A stretch of 64,000 nucleotides of DNA from Verrucomicrobiota bacterium (GTDB lineage Bacteria; Verrucomicrobiota; Verrucomicrobiia; Limisphaerales; UBA11358), in assembly GCA_049523555.1 (NCBI GenBank), contig JBEKMU010000001.1:226-64225 (forward strand), read 5' to 3'. Of the stretch, positions 49,777 through 59,689 are shown piece by piece (position 1 is the stretch's first letter; every line of letters begins with the position of its first letter). The translations under genes and the position numbers were made by a program. The notes under the pieces were generated by a model. It had not been told where the DNA came from and searched no databases. It worked only from the letters and a program-made list of their open reading frames with translations.

Positions 49777-50820
49777 TTAACGGCCAATCTTGCCGGCAAC
49801 GCCCAGAATCCGGTCAAGCCTCTGCAAAACCTGATTTGGCTGGATGGACGCCATGCAAGGGTGAGCATCTTGACAAATCGCGAAATTGACGAACCGGGTG
49901 TCACAGATGCAGGAGTGGCCGACAATCACATGGTCTTTCTCGTAAATTGGAGCCGCGTGCAGGAGCGAATCTCCGGTGGCAAACAATCCAATCACTGGAA
50001 CACCCAGAGCCGCGGCAAAGTGAAGCGGTCCCGTGTCGCCGGCAATCAACAGTCTGGCTCGCTGCAAGATTGCCAGAAAAAGCCGGAGATTGGGAGTCGG
50101 CGGCAGGGCAACGATTTTCGGTTCCATCGCCTTGAGTTCGTCCAGCAGCGCGCGTTCCCGGGGGTTGGTTCCCGACGAAAAGGCCAAGGCATAACCTGCG
50201 GACGTGGCCAGATGATAAAATTCCGCCCAGCGAAAAACCGGCCATTCCTTTTTGGGCTGCGAGGTCGCCAGATGACAGATGACTCTGGCGTCCGGCAAGA
50301 GCCTCGCGGCCTCGCCAGACAACGCCGGGTCGGCATTTGCCTCCAGATGTACGGATTTGGGCGGCGGGATTTGGCAGGCGGATAACAGTTCGACGTGGCG
50401 GCGCACCCAGGAATCCGGCAGGGTTTCCACGGGAACGGTTTGAGTGTAGCAAATTTTTCTTCCCCACCACCGCCCGCTTTCAAACGTGCCCAGCCGCTCG
50501 CGCGCGCCGCATAAGAAACTCAAAATCGCGCCGCGATCGTTGCCGGCAAAATCCACGGAGAAATCAAATCTCTCGCGGCGCAAGGCCCGGATGATCGGCC
50601 AGGATTCGCGAATCCGCGCTTTGCCGCGCGTGCGCGGCATCGGCCACACCTTTGTCAACCACGGCAAATGTTCGAGCACCGGAGCCGCTTCCTCGGCCAC
50701 CAGCACGTGAAGCTCGCCATCCGGCAGGTGCTCTCTCAGCGCCCGCAGGGCGGGAGTTATGAAGACCGCGTCACCAAGGTATTTGAACTGGATGGCGAGA
50801 ATTTTTTTCGCGGCAACCAT
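49777..50820 (-). CDS. Glycosyltransferase family 9 (heptosyltransferase-like)
   Basis: ATG at 50820 (MVAAKKILAIQFKYLGDAVFITPALRAL...). C-terminal LIAGDTGPLHFAAALGVPVIGLF is typical of GT9. Confidence 0.8.
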   Translation of the reverse strand: MVAAKKILAIQFKYLGDAVFITPALRALREHLPDGELHVLVAEEAAPVLEHLPWLTKVWPMPRTRGKARIRESWPIIRALRRERFDFSVDFAGNDRGAILSFLCGARERLGTFESGRWWGRKICYTQTVPVETLPDSWVRRHVELLSACQIPPPKSVHLEANADPALSGEAARLLPDARVICHLATSQPKKEWPVFRWAEFYHLATSAGYALAFSSGTNPRERALLDELKAMEPKIVALPPTPNLRLFLAILQRARLLIAGDTGPLHFAAALGVPVIGLFATGDSLLHAAPIYEKDHVIVGHSCICDTRFVNFAICQDAHPCMASIQPNQVLQRLDRILGVAGKIGR

Positions 50821-50830
50821 GGTGTTCGCG

Positions 50831-52651
50831 TCACGACTGGAATTGCAACTCGTATAATTTTTGGTAAATGCCGCCACGTTGAATTAATTCGTCGTGTTTG
50901 CCCGTTTCAACAATGCGGCCCTGGTCGAGCACGACAATCATGTCCGCGTGGAAAATGGTGGAAAGCCGGTGCGCGATGCACAGCGTCGTGCGCCCCTTCA
51001 TCAACTCATCCAGCGCATTTTGCACAATGCGTTCGGATTCTGAATCGAGCGCACTCAACGCCTCGTCAAGGATGAGAATCGGCGTATTTCTCAAGACCGC
51101 GCGCGCAATGGCCAGCCGCTGACGCTGGCCGCCGGACAGCGTCACGCCTTTTTCCCCGACAACCGAGTCGAGGCCCTGCGGTTTCTCCATGATGAAGTCG
51201 TAAGCGTAGGCATGACGTGCGGCAGCGATGATTTCTTCACTCGTCGCGCCGGGTCGGCCGAGTTCGATGTTCCGGCGGATGGCGTCGTTGAACAAAATGG
51301 TTTCCTGCGTGACGACGGCGATCTGGTTGCGGAGGTCGCGCGTGGCAACTTCGCGGATGTCCACACCGCCGATGCGGATGGCGCCGCGCACCGGGTCGTA
51401 AAACCGCAGCAGCAAATTGGCCAGCGTCGTTTTGCCCGCGCCGCTGGAACCGACGAGCGCGACCAACTGGCCGGGGCGAATCCGCAGGTCAATGTCGCGC
51501 AGCACCGGCTTGTCGCCGTAGGCGAAATCCACGTGATCGAAATGGATGTTCGCACCGGCGGCCTTGAGCGGACGCGGTTGCGCCGGCTCGGGCACGGTGT
51601 TTTGCGTGTCGAGCAGGGCGAAGGCGCGTTCGCTGGCGGCGCGGGCCTGGACGATCAGGTTTTGCAGCCGCGTGAGATTTTTTATCGGCGTATACACGTA
51701 AAAAATCGTGCCCACCAGTTGCAGAAAGGCGGTCGGGCTGGGCCGCGATGGCGACAGATAAATCAAATACGCCAGCAACAACGCCACACCGCACGCACCG
51801 AAAAATTCAATGAGCGGTCCGGGAATTTCCACCGCGCGGATGATGCGCATGTAATTGCTGACGGCTTTGCGAGCGGTGTTTTTAAATTCGTCGGCGACGG
51901 TGCTTTCGAGGTTGTAGGCCTTGATGACGCGATAACCGGTGAAGGCTTCGCTCATGATCTGCGTCAATTCGGCGGATTGCGCCTGCATTTCACGGCTGGG
52001 GCGGCGGACTTTGCGGCTGAAAACGACGATGGGAATGATGCACACCGGCAGCACGATCAGGGAAATCAATGTGAGTTTGGGCTGTTGCGAAAAAAGAAAG
52101 CCGATGGTGCCGATCAACACGATGGGATCGCGGATAATCACGGAAGTCGCGTTGCTCAGGATGGCTTGCAGCGAGCCGGTGTCGTTCATCACGCGCGAAA
52201 TGAGCTGGCCGGAGGAATTTTCACTGTAAAATCCGGCGGACAAATTCAGCAAATGCGCGAACAGCCGCGTGCGCAGATCGGCCACCGTGCGGCTCGCCGT
52301 CCACTGCAAAAAATAAACGTTCAGGTACCCGAACAGTCCGCGCAAAAAGACCACGAACAGAAAAGTGGCAATCAACGCCGGCACGGCCGCCGGATGCGCG
52401 CGCAGGCCGCCTTCCAGCGCGGCGCGCACGTTGAAAAACCATTCTTGAACGAACGTGGGCAGGCCGCGAATGGGCAGTTGCGCCGGTGCCTCGTGATTTC
52501 CCAACGGGAAAACGGCGCCATAGACAAACATGATCGCTCCAATCATCAGCGGCGCGGTAAGACCGTTGATGATTCCCGTCAACACGCCGAGAAAGAGCCG
52601 CGCGCGGTAGGGTTTGGCCAAACCCCAGACTTTGAGCAGAAACGTTATCAT
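50831..52651 (-). CDS. MsbA-like ABC exporter (fused permease and ATPase)
   Basis: ATG at 52651. Six-TM exporter domain followed by Walker A GSSGAGKTT, signature LSGGQRQRLAIARA and Walker B ILILDEALSALD. Sits within the glycan/LPS-type cluster. Confidence 0.8.
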   Translation of the reverse strand: MITFLLKVWGLAKPYRARLFLGVLTGIINGLTAPLMIGAIMFVYGAVFPLGNHEAPAQLPIRGLPTFVQEWFFNVRAALEGGLRAHPAAVPALIATFLFVVFLRGLFGYLNVYFLQWTASRTVADLRTRLFAHLLNLSAGFYSENSSGQLISRVMNDTGSLQAILSNATSVIIRDPIVLIGTIGFLFSQQPKLTLISLIVLPVCIIPIVVFSRKVRRPSREMQAQSAELTQIMSEAFTGYRVIKAYNLESTVADEFKNTARKAVSNYMRIIRAVEIPGPLIEFFGACGVALLLAYLIYLSPSRPSPTAFLQLVGTIFYVYTPIKNLTRLQNLIVQARAASERAFALLDTQNTVPEPAQPRPLKAAGANIHFDHVDFAYGDKPVLRDIDLRIRPGQLVALVGSSGAGKTTLANLLLRFYDPVRGAIRIGGVDIREVATRDLRNQIAVVTQETILFNDAIRRNIELGRPGATSEEIIAAARHAYAYDFIMEKPQGLDSVVGEKGVTLSGGQRQRLAIARAVLRNTPILILDEALSALDSESERIVQNALDELMKGRTTLCIAHRLSTIFHADMIVVLDQGRIVETGKHDELIQRGGIYQKLYELQFQS

Positions 52652-52910
52652 TCGCCGACCGGTATTGTTGGCGGTCGGCAAAAGAAAGCGAGAATTTTTC
52701 TGCGGGAACGCCGGTGGCGCTCCAACGCGATTTGTGCCGCTTAAAGGCAATTCGCCTTTACAGGAACCGGCGGGTCATTTATTGATTGGCCATCGTGTCC
52801 TTGAATCGAGGCGGCCTGCACCAGCAATACCTCTCTTTGACAACGTCTTGAAATGGGCCGGAGGACGCCGACTGCGGGGCGACTCAAGCGAACAACAAAG
52901 CCGTTTCACG

Positions 52911-53912
52911 ATGACAATCGCGAAAAAGCCAATTCCTGGAGAAAACAATCGCTTGGCGAAAGACAATGAGCGACCGATACCGCCACTTCCAGAAGATCAC
53001 AAACTCTTCGTCATCTCGGGCCGGTGCGGCCGTTTGGGGAATCGCATCATCCTGTTCGCCAATTTCATTGCCTTGGCGGAGGAGCAGGGACATCGCGTGA
53101 TCAACCCGACATTCCATTCCTATGCCAGGTTCTTCAAGGCGACGCGGGGGGACATCTATTGCCAGTATCCCCCCGCAATGCGAAGAAGCTGGTGGGACAC
53201 GGTTCCCGGCGTTGGCGGTGCCATCCGCGGCACGCGGATCTTCTTTCATGTGGCCCGCGCGGCCGGCTTGCTGAATGAGCGTTATCCAATTTTTGGCAAG
53301 AGAATCTTCACCTTGCGCCAATGCCCGGCGCAGAAAATCACCGCGCTCGACGATCCGGAGGTTCAAGCCAAAATCCGCGACGCCAGGATCGTTTTCGTGA
53401 ATGGCTGGACCTTTCGAGCGCCCGGCCTCGTGCAGCGGCACGCGGAGAGAATAAAATCCTACTTCCAGCCGGTTGCAGAGATCGAGCAAGCCAGTTTCAA
53501 GGCCGTGGCTCAGCTCCGGCAGCACGCGGATATCGTTGTGGGTGTTCATGTCCGCCATGGAGACTTCGCCAATTGGCGGGGCGGCAAGTTCTTCTTCCCG
53601 GCTTCACGATATGCGGCCTGGATGAATGAACTGGCGGAGCAGTTTCCGGGCTGCAAGGTGTCTTTTTTCGTGTGTAGTGACGAACCCAGGCACGAGCATG
53701 AATTCCCGGGGTTGCGGGTGGGCATCGGCGCCGGTTCGGCCGTGGGAGACATGTGTGCGCTGGCGAAGTGTGATTATATTTTTGGACCCTTGAGCACCTT
53801 TTCGATGTGGGCGTCTTTCTACGGCCATAAACCGCTTTTTCTCATCCACGACAGCAAGACCCGAATCGAACGTGAAAAGTTCTACATCCCCGATCTGGCC
53901 GAGATCCCTTAA
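52911..53912 (+). CDS. Putative glycosyltransferase, GT11/fucosyltransferase-like fold
   Basis: ATG at 52911. GRCGRLGNRIILFANFIALA resembles the GxLGNxxF motif. C-terminal FFVCSDEP...GDMCALAKCDYIFGPLSTFSMWASFYG resembles the GT11 C-terminal motif. Family assignment is tentative. Confidence 0.45.
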   Translation: MTIAKKPIPGENNRLAKDNERPIPPLPEDHKLFVISGRCGRLGNRIILFANFIALAEEQGHRVINPTFHSYARFFKATRGDIYCQYPPAMRRSWWDTVPGVGGAIRGTRIFFHVARAAGLLNERYPIFGKRIFTLRQCPAQKITALDDPEVQAKIRDARIVFVNGWTFRAPGLVQRHAERIKSYFQPVAEIEQASFKAVAQLRQHADIVVGVHVRHGDFANWRGGKFFFPASRYAAWMNELAEQFPGCKVSFFVCSDEPRHEHEFPGLRVGIGAGSAVGDMCALAKCDYIFGPLSTFSMWASFYGHKPLFLIHDSKTRIEREKFYIPDLAEIP

Positions 53913-54146
53913 ACTTCCCGCTCTGCAACAGGCGTTGCGGTTGGCGGCGGAAGAAAGCGGGAGTTCTGCTATTTATCGGCGGCAAAATCACATTCCCACC
54001 TTTCTGTTGAGGGGCATGTTTTCTTCGGTGGCGAATGGACACGGCGTGCAATTGGCACCTTGGAGAAGCCGATTGACTCAATCCCGGTCCGATGTTCTTG
54101 AGGTCGGACAATTTAACCCGGCACGTTTTACCGTGAGCATGGCCGC

Positions 54147-55295
54147 TCAGACGCGGACCGCTTTGCGCTCTACCGCCACCCGGTAAACACTCACGGTTTG
54201 TCCGGCAGTTTTGCTCCAGGAAAAATGTGCGCTCCGGGAAAAGCCTTTGTTGACCAGCAAACCGCGCCAGGATTTGTCCATGAGCATGCGGGTCATGGCC
54301 CCGGCCAGTGCCGCGGGATCGTGCGGATCAACATACACCGCCGCCTCGCCGGCGACTTCGGGCAGGCTGCTATTGGGCGAGGTAATTACCGGACAGCCGA
54401 GCTGCATCGCTTCCAGCACCGGCAGGCCAAAGCCCTCATACGAGCTGGGATAAACCAACGCCACCGCCTTGCGGTAGCACGCTGCCAACAGCGGGTCCTC
54501 CCCGCTCACGTGCCAGACGCGATTCTCCAAGTGGTGTTTTTGCAACCACTCGTTTTCGTCGCCGGTAAAGGCCGGACCGCCGAAAAAAATCACGCCGGTC
54601 TGAGAGAACCGGTCCGCCAGCAGGGCCATGGCGCGCAAAAGAGTCATGCCATTCTTGTAGCTTTCGCGGTTGTTGCCGACGAAAAGGAAAAAGTGGCCGG
54701 GGATGAAATCAGGCAACGGTGCCGGAGTAATTTCACCCAGGCAGGTGGCAAGCGGTGTGACGGTGGCTTTGCCCCGGGCGCCTGGATGGAAATGTTCCAA
54801 GTCCCGCCGGGTGGCTTCCGAAACCGTCAACACGGCATCCGCTAGGCGCAGCGTCCCGGCTTTTTGCACTGGCAAATGATCCGATCCTTTTGAAGGCGAT
54901 TGTTTGTCGAGCCATTCGGGAATCATGTCGTGAAACGTCACCACCGTGGCGTCAGCCCACCGTGCGATGAAGGGATCCACGGCATAATAGGAAGGATGGT
55001 AAACCACGGTGGGAGTGCGGCACCGCACCGAAAGGAACGTGAGCCGCCGCCAGAGCCGGGAGAAACGTTTGACCTGGGTGTTGATGCGCCAGTGGTCGCG
55101 GCGCGCCAGGGAGATATTCCGAAGCGAGGTGCTCCCCGCCAGTTGGCGCAGATGGATGTTTCGCGAAATACCCCCGAACACCATCACCGAAACATCCGGG
55201 CACCGCGCCATGTGCTCCGCCAGTGTACAAACATAGCGGGAAATGCCGCCAGCGTCCTGGATCAAAAACATCTGTTCGTCGAAAAAAACCTGCAT
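54147..55295 (-). CDS. Glycosyltransferase family 4 (GT-B, Glycos_transf_1)
   Basis: ATG at 55295 (MQVFFDEQMFLIQDAGGISRY). C-terminal YPSSYEGFGLPVLEAMQLGCPVITS is the EX7E-type GT4 motif. Confidence 0.8.
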   Translation of the reverse strand: MQVFFDEQMFLIQDAGGISRYVCTLAEHMARCPDVSVMVFGGISRNIHLRQLAGSTSLRNISLARRDHWRINTQVKRFSRLWRRLTFLSVRCRTPTVVYHPSYYAVDPFIARWADATVVTFHDMIPEWLDKQSPSKGSDHLPVQKAGTLRLADAVLTVSEATRRDLEHFHPGARGKATVTPLATCLGEITPAPLPDFIPGHFFLFVGNNRESYKNGMTLLRAMALLADRFSQTGVIFFGGPAFTGDENEWLQKHHLENRVWHVSGEDPLLAACYRKAVALVYPSSYEGFGLPVLEAMQLGCPVITSPNSSLPEVAGEAAVYVDPHDPAALAGAMTRMLMDKSWRGLLVNKGFSRSAHFSWSKTAGQTVSVYRVAVERKAVRV

Positions 55296-55390
55296 GACTG
55301 CCTTGCGTGCGGGATTTGGTTCAGCCCATGCCACTGGGTGTTGAAGCCCTGCGCGCGGAGGGTTGAGGGTCGGGCACGCACGGAACCCCG

Positions 55391-56401
55391 TCACCCTCCC
55401 TCGCACGGTCGCGTTCGCTCGTGCTCCCCCGCCGCACAAAGCGCGTTCATCTTCCACGAGTGCAAACGCGCCCGCGCCCGCTGCCGTTGCGTGCGCAGCA
55501 GCCAGGCGCGGGGATTCAAAATCCAAGGAAACTTGTTCTTCCGGCAACGATCAAGGGCGGCCCTGTTTTCCACAAACCGCCGTTGAAGTCGAAAACCTTC
55601 CTTCCAGCCCAGGCGTTCCAGGTCCGTTTCCGTCACAAGGTTGCTGCGTTGCCACTCTTTCACAGCCTCCCCCAGGATTTGATCGGCACCCTTCATTTTT
55701 TGGCCCCGCAAGCAGTCTTCGGCGGTCGCAAAGGTGGGGTGGATCGCAAAAGTGGAAAATTTCTCTGACACCACCGTCCAAGTGACCTCGGCGGCGTGCA
55801 GGGTGCTCCACGCGCCGTCGGCCACCATGCCAACCCCGGTTGGGAAGGGATACCGTTTCAGGCACGACGTGCGGAAAAGATCACTCGCGCAACTGCCCGT
55901 CAGCGCGCTGGCCGCGTGGAAGAAGGCGAAGACAACCGCTTCGAGACGGCGCAGCGTCCGTGGCGACCGGATGCCGAGTGCTTGAATGACATCGTCAATG
56001 GGCCACTTAATTTCCACAGGCCGGCCATCCAGCTTATGCAAGTTTGGTTTGCTGACCACGACATCGCTCTGATGTAAAAGCGCGGTAGCCAACAATTTTT
56101 CCATTCCCGCCCTGGTGATGGTGTCGCACACCGTCGCAATGTAGGTATATTCGGACTGCAAGTGTTGGATGCCAAAATTCCAGGACGCATATAGACCGGG
56201 CGGATGGGAAAGAAATTGCACGTGCGGGTGACGGAGCCTCGTTTTGAGCAATTCCAGTGTTCCATCCGTGGAAAAGCTGTCCACGACAACGACCTCCGTC
56301 GCCATGTCAAGCCAGACTTCCAGCGCCTCCAAATACCGGGGCAATAGCGCCGCGGAATTGCGCGTGGGGATTAAAACACCCAAAGACCTTGAGGCATTCA
56401 T
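55391..56401 (-). CDS. Glycosyltransferase family 2-like
   Basis: LGVLIPTRNSAALLPRYLEALEVWLDMATEVVVVDSFSTDGT is the classic GT2 N-terminal pattern. Start is ambiguous (56401 or 56479). Confidence 0.65.
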   Translation of the reverse strand: MNASRSLGVLIPTRNSAALLPRYLEALEVWLDMATEVVVVDSFSTDGTLELLKTRLRHPHVQFLSHPPGLYASWNFGIQHLQSEYTYIATVCDTITRAGMEKLLATALLHQSDVVVSKPNLHKLDGRPVEIKWPIDDVIQALGIRSPRTLRRLEAVVFAFFHAASALTGSCASDLFRTSCLKRYPFPTGVGMVADGAWSTLHAAEVTWTVVSEKFSTFAIHPTFATAEDCLRGQKMKGADQILGEAVKEWQRSNLVTETDLERLGWKEGFRLQRRFVENRAALDRCRKNKFPWILNPRAWLLRTQRQRARARLHSWKMNALCAAGEHERTRPCEGG

Positions 56402-56580
56402 GGCCAAAATCGGGCGGTCATTTTTCCAGGAGAAACCATTACCTGCCTGAACTGTGATCAGGCACCCTTTTCCATACATGAGGTGCCTTCTAGGCGGGAT
56501 GTTCTGTTAACAAATGTAGCTTGTCAAACTTGAACCATCCACCGGCCCGGCGCGATCCCATGGCTGACGCGAGGGGCGGC

Positions 56581-56838
56581 AAAGTGGCTTTTTTCGTGTG
56601 TAGTGACGAACCCCGGCACGAGCACGAATTCCCGGGATTGCGAGTGGGAATTGGCGCCGGTTCCGCCGTGGGAGACATGTACGCGCTGGCCAAGTACGAC
56701 TATATTTTTTGGGCCCTTTGGCACTTTTTCGATGGGGGCGTCCTTCTACGGCCATAAACCGCTTTTTCACATCCATGACCGCAGGGTCCGAATCGAACGT
56801 GAAAAGTTCGGCATCCCCCATCTGGCCGAGATACCGTG
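56581..56838 (+). pseudogene. Frameshifted duplicate of the 3' end of the GT11-like gene (52911-53912)
   Basis: VAFFVCSDEPRHEHEFPGLRVGIGAGSAVGDMYALAKYDYIF is in one frame, then ...FSMGASFYGHKPLFHIHDRRVRIEREKFGIPHLAEIP* in another. Similarity continues about 50 nt past the stop, as it does after 53912. Confidence 0.85.
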
Positions 56839-57095
56839 AACTCCCCGCTCTGCAACCTGCGTTGCGGGTCGGCGGGAGGAAGTGAGGGAGGACATGACCT
56901 CATTTCCAGGCTGTTTGAGTTTGTGCTATTCACTGTCGCGCGCTTTTGATTGAATCCAGCCTGTGAAAACCAACCGGCTTGGCGAAGGCAAAAAAACCAA
57001 ACATAGCTGTCACGCAAATCAGTTTTGCCTTTCCATCAGGCGTCTGGATTTTGACAATTTCAACCGGCGAGCCGATTGATTATGCCCTCACCAAA

Positions 57096-57926
57096 ATGGA
57101 ACTTTTGACAGCAGACATTCGTGTCGTCATTCCGGTTTTCAACCAGTTGTCCTACACCGTCAACTGCGTGGAGAGCCTCAACCGCGACGGCATCCGGGAC
57201 TCGCAAATCGTGATCGTGAACAACGCCTCGACGGACGAGACCGCTGAATTTCTGGCCAGTCGGCCGGAAATCCGCGCCATTCACAATTCGACGAATCGCG
57301 GCTGCGGTTACGCCTGGAATCAAGGAGCCAAAACCGCGGCGTCCCCTTGGACCGTCGTATTGAACAATGACGTGCTGATTGCGCCAAACACCATGCGGGA
57401 ACTTGTCCGGTTCGCCGTGAAAGGGGCTTTCGAGGTCGTCAGCCCCGCGATGTGCGAATGTGAGTTGGATTACGATTTTCAGTCCCACGCCAAAGAATTC
57501 GTCCAGGCAATGTCTCCGGCCTGCCGTCGGGGTGTTGCCTTCGCCGTTTGTTTCATGGTTCATCGCCGGGTTTTTGATTCCATTGGATATTTCGATGACG
57601 GCCCCAAACTGGGCGGCTACGAGGACGACGAGTTTTTCCGGCGCGTTCGCCGTGCCGGTTTCCGCATGGCAATAACCGGCCGGGCCTTTCTCCATCACTT
57701 CGGCTCGGTGACCCAAAAAAGCATCAAGGCCAGTCTCAATCAGCCGAACATGAGTTTGGGAGACCTGGCTTACTACCGAAAAAAAACCGGCCAGACCTGG
57801 CCCAAACGAAAATGGGCGCAGTTGCAAACCGCAGTGCGCTCCCAATGGTGGAAGACAACCGAACGACTGCGTTACGGCCGTTCCCTGCACGAAAAAAGGA
57901 TTGGCGGAAAATGGCATTATTGCTGA
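57096..57926 (+). CDS. Glycosyltransferase family 2
   Basis: ATG at 57096. IRVVIPVFNQLSYTVNCVESL...IVIVNNASTDETAEFL...NRGCGYAWNQG...LNNDVL. Confidence 0.8.
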   Translation: MELLTADIRVVIPVFNQLSYTVNCVESLNRDGIRDSQIVIVNNASTDETAEFLASRPEIRAIHNSTNRGCGYAWNQGAKTAASPWTVVLNNDVLIAPNTMRELVRFAVKGAFEVVSPAMCECELDYDFQSHAKEFVQAMSPACRRGVAFAVCFMVHRRVFDSIGYFDDGPKLGGYEDDEFFRRVRRAGFRMAITGRAFLHHFGSVTQKSIKASLNQPNMSLGDLAYYRKKTGQTWPKRKWAQLQTAVRSQWWKTTERLRYGRSLHEKRIGGKWHYC

Positions 57927-57946
57927 TACCACACGTGCCTGACAAC

Positions 57947-58729
57947 ATGACCACCGTACAACGCCTGCCCATCTCTGTTTGCCTGATTGCCGGCAACGAG
58001 GCGCAGCGCATTCGCCGCGCCCTCGACAGCGTTATGGACTGGGCGGGGGAAATCATCGTGGTGCTCAACAACGACGTGAACGACGGCACAGATCAAATTG
58101 CCGCAGCGGGCGGCGCGAAAGTATTTCGGGAACCGTGGAAAGGCCACATCGCCCAAAAAAATTCCGCCGCCGACAAGACGACGCAACCGTGGATTCTCGG
58201 CCTCGATGCGGACGAGGAAGTTTCACCGGCGTTACGTGACGAAATCCGGCGCGCGATTGCCGAACCCGGCGACCACGCGGCGTTTTGTTTCCCGCGATGC
58301 ACGAATTTCTGCGACCGCTGGATCCGCCACGGCGACTGGTATCCCGACCGGCAGACGCGTTTGTGGCGCAAGGGCCGGGCGCACTGGGGCGGTGTGGACC
58401 CGCACGACAAGCTCTTCGTCCAGGGCCTTGTTGGAAATTTGCGCTCCGACCTGTTGCACTACAACGCGGAGACGATTGACCGGCAGATTGCCAAGATTTC
58501 GAGTTACAGCGAGGACTTCGCGCGCGACGCCGCGGCGCACAACCGCGCCGCCCATGGAAGTGACGTCGTCCTGCGGCCGCTGTGGCGGTTTCTGCGCTCA
58601 TATTTCATCCGCCTTGGTTTTCTGGACGGCTGGCAGGGTGGTTACATTGCGTGGATGACGGCGTTCTACACTGCGACCCGCTACGCCAAGATCCGCGCCG
58701 CGCAAAACAACAAACCGGTCAAACCTTGA
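57947..58729 (+). CDS. Glycosyltransferase family 2 (LPS-core WaaE/KdtX-like)
   Basis: ATG at 57947. ISVCLIAGNEAQRIRRALDSVMDWAGEIIVVLNNDVNDGT...LGLDADEEVS. Confidence 0.75.
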   Translation: MTTVQRLPISVCLIAGNEAQRIRRALDSVMDWAGEIIVVLNNDVNDGTDQIAAAGGAKVFREPWKGHIAQKNSAADKTTQPWILGLDADEEVSPALRDEIRRAIAEPGDHAAFCFPRCTNFCDRWIRHGDWYPDRQTRLWRKGRAHWGGVDPHDKLFVQGLVGNLRSDLLHYNAETIDRQIAKISSYSEDFARDAAAHNRAAHGSDVVLRPLWRFLRSYFIRLGFLDGWQGGYIAWMTAFYTATRYAKIRAAQNNKPVKP

Positions 58730-58737
58730 ACCCGCCC

Positions 58738-59688
58738 ATGGCCAATCGCACGGACGTCTCGGTCATCATCGTCACGCGCAACACCTGCGCGCTGACCCGC
58801 GCCGCCGTTCAATCCGTGCTCGATAGCCATGATTCGCCGCCAAACGAAATTCTGGTTGTGGACAATGGTTCAACTGACGACACCGCGTCCGTTTTGCCGC
58901 GTGAATTTCCACAAATCCAGTTCATCCGTCCGGAGAAAAATCTCGGTTTTGCCCGCGCCTGCAATCTTGGGGCGAAACCGGCGCGTGGGGAATTTTTGCT
59001 GCTGCTCAATTCCGACACGCGGCTCACGCCCGAAGCGCTCGCGCGGGCGGTCGTATGGATGCGCGCGCGACCGGCTTGCGCGGTGGCTGGCGCGCAGTTG
59101 CTCAATGCCGATGGCTCGCGCCAGAATTCCATCGCCAATTTCCCCACGCTGGCGACCGAGTTGTTGAACAAATCGCTGCTGCGCCGGCTCCGGCCGGGAA
59201 AATTTCCCGGCAAGGAACACGACTTCCGCGAGCCAGTGGAGGTGGAAACCGTCGTCGGCGCTTTCATGCTTGTCCGCAAGTCGGTTTGGGACACGCTCGG
59301 CGGTCTGGACGAGCGCTACTTTTTCTTTTTCGAGGAAACGGATTTTTGCCTGCAAGCGCGCCGGCGCGGACAGCGCGTTTTTCATCTGCCGGATGTCCGC
59401 GTCTGGCACGGGCAGGGGCAAACGGCTAGGCAGGTTTCCGTTGGCGCACGAATTGAATACTGGCGTTCGCGCTACGCCTACTTCGCCAAAAATCATCGCC
59501 TGCCGACACGGCTGGTTCTGGCCGCGGGCTTGTGGTTGCGGCTTTTGCTTGATTCGCTGGCCGCGGGCTTGTGCGCGCTGGCCACGCTCGGCCAAAATGC
59601 GCGCTGGCGCGAACGCTGGCGGGTTTGCTCTGCGCTCGTGCGCTGGCATTTGCGCGGTTGCCCGAAGAAAGCGGGGCTGCCGCGATAG
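58738..59688 (+). CDS. Glycosyltransferase family 2
   Basis: ATG at 58738. VSVIIVTRNTCALTRAAVQSVL...ILVVDNGSTDDT...NLGFARACNLGA...LLLNSDT...EETDFCLQARRRG. Confidence 0.8.
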   Translation: MANRTDVSVIIVTRNTCALTRAAVQSVLDSHDSPPNEILVVDNGSTDDTASVLPREFPQIQFIRPEKNLGFARACNLGAKPARGEFLLLLNSDTRLTPEALARAVVWMRARPACAVAGAQLLNADGSRQNSIANFPTLATELLNKSLLRRLRPGKFPGKEHDFREPVEVETVVGAFMLVRKSVWDTLGGLDERYFFFFEETDFCLQARRRGQRVFHLPDVRVWHGQGQTARQVSVGARIEYWRSRYAYFAKNHRLPTRLVLAAGLWLRLLLDSLAAGLCALATLGQNARWRERWRVCSALVRWHLRGCPKKAGLPR

Positions 59689-59689
59689 C

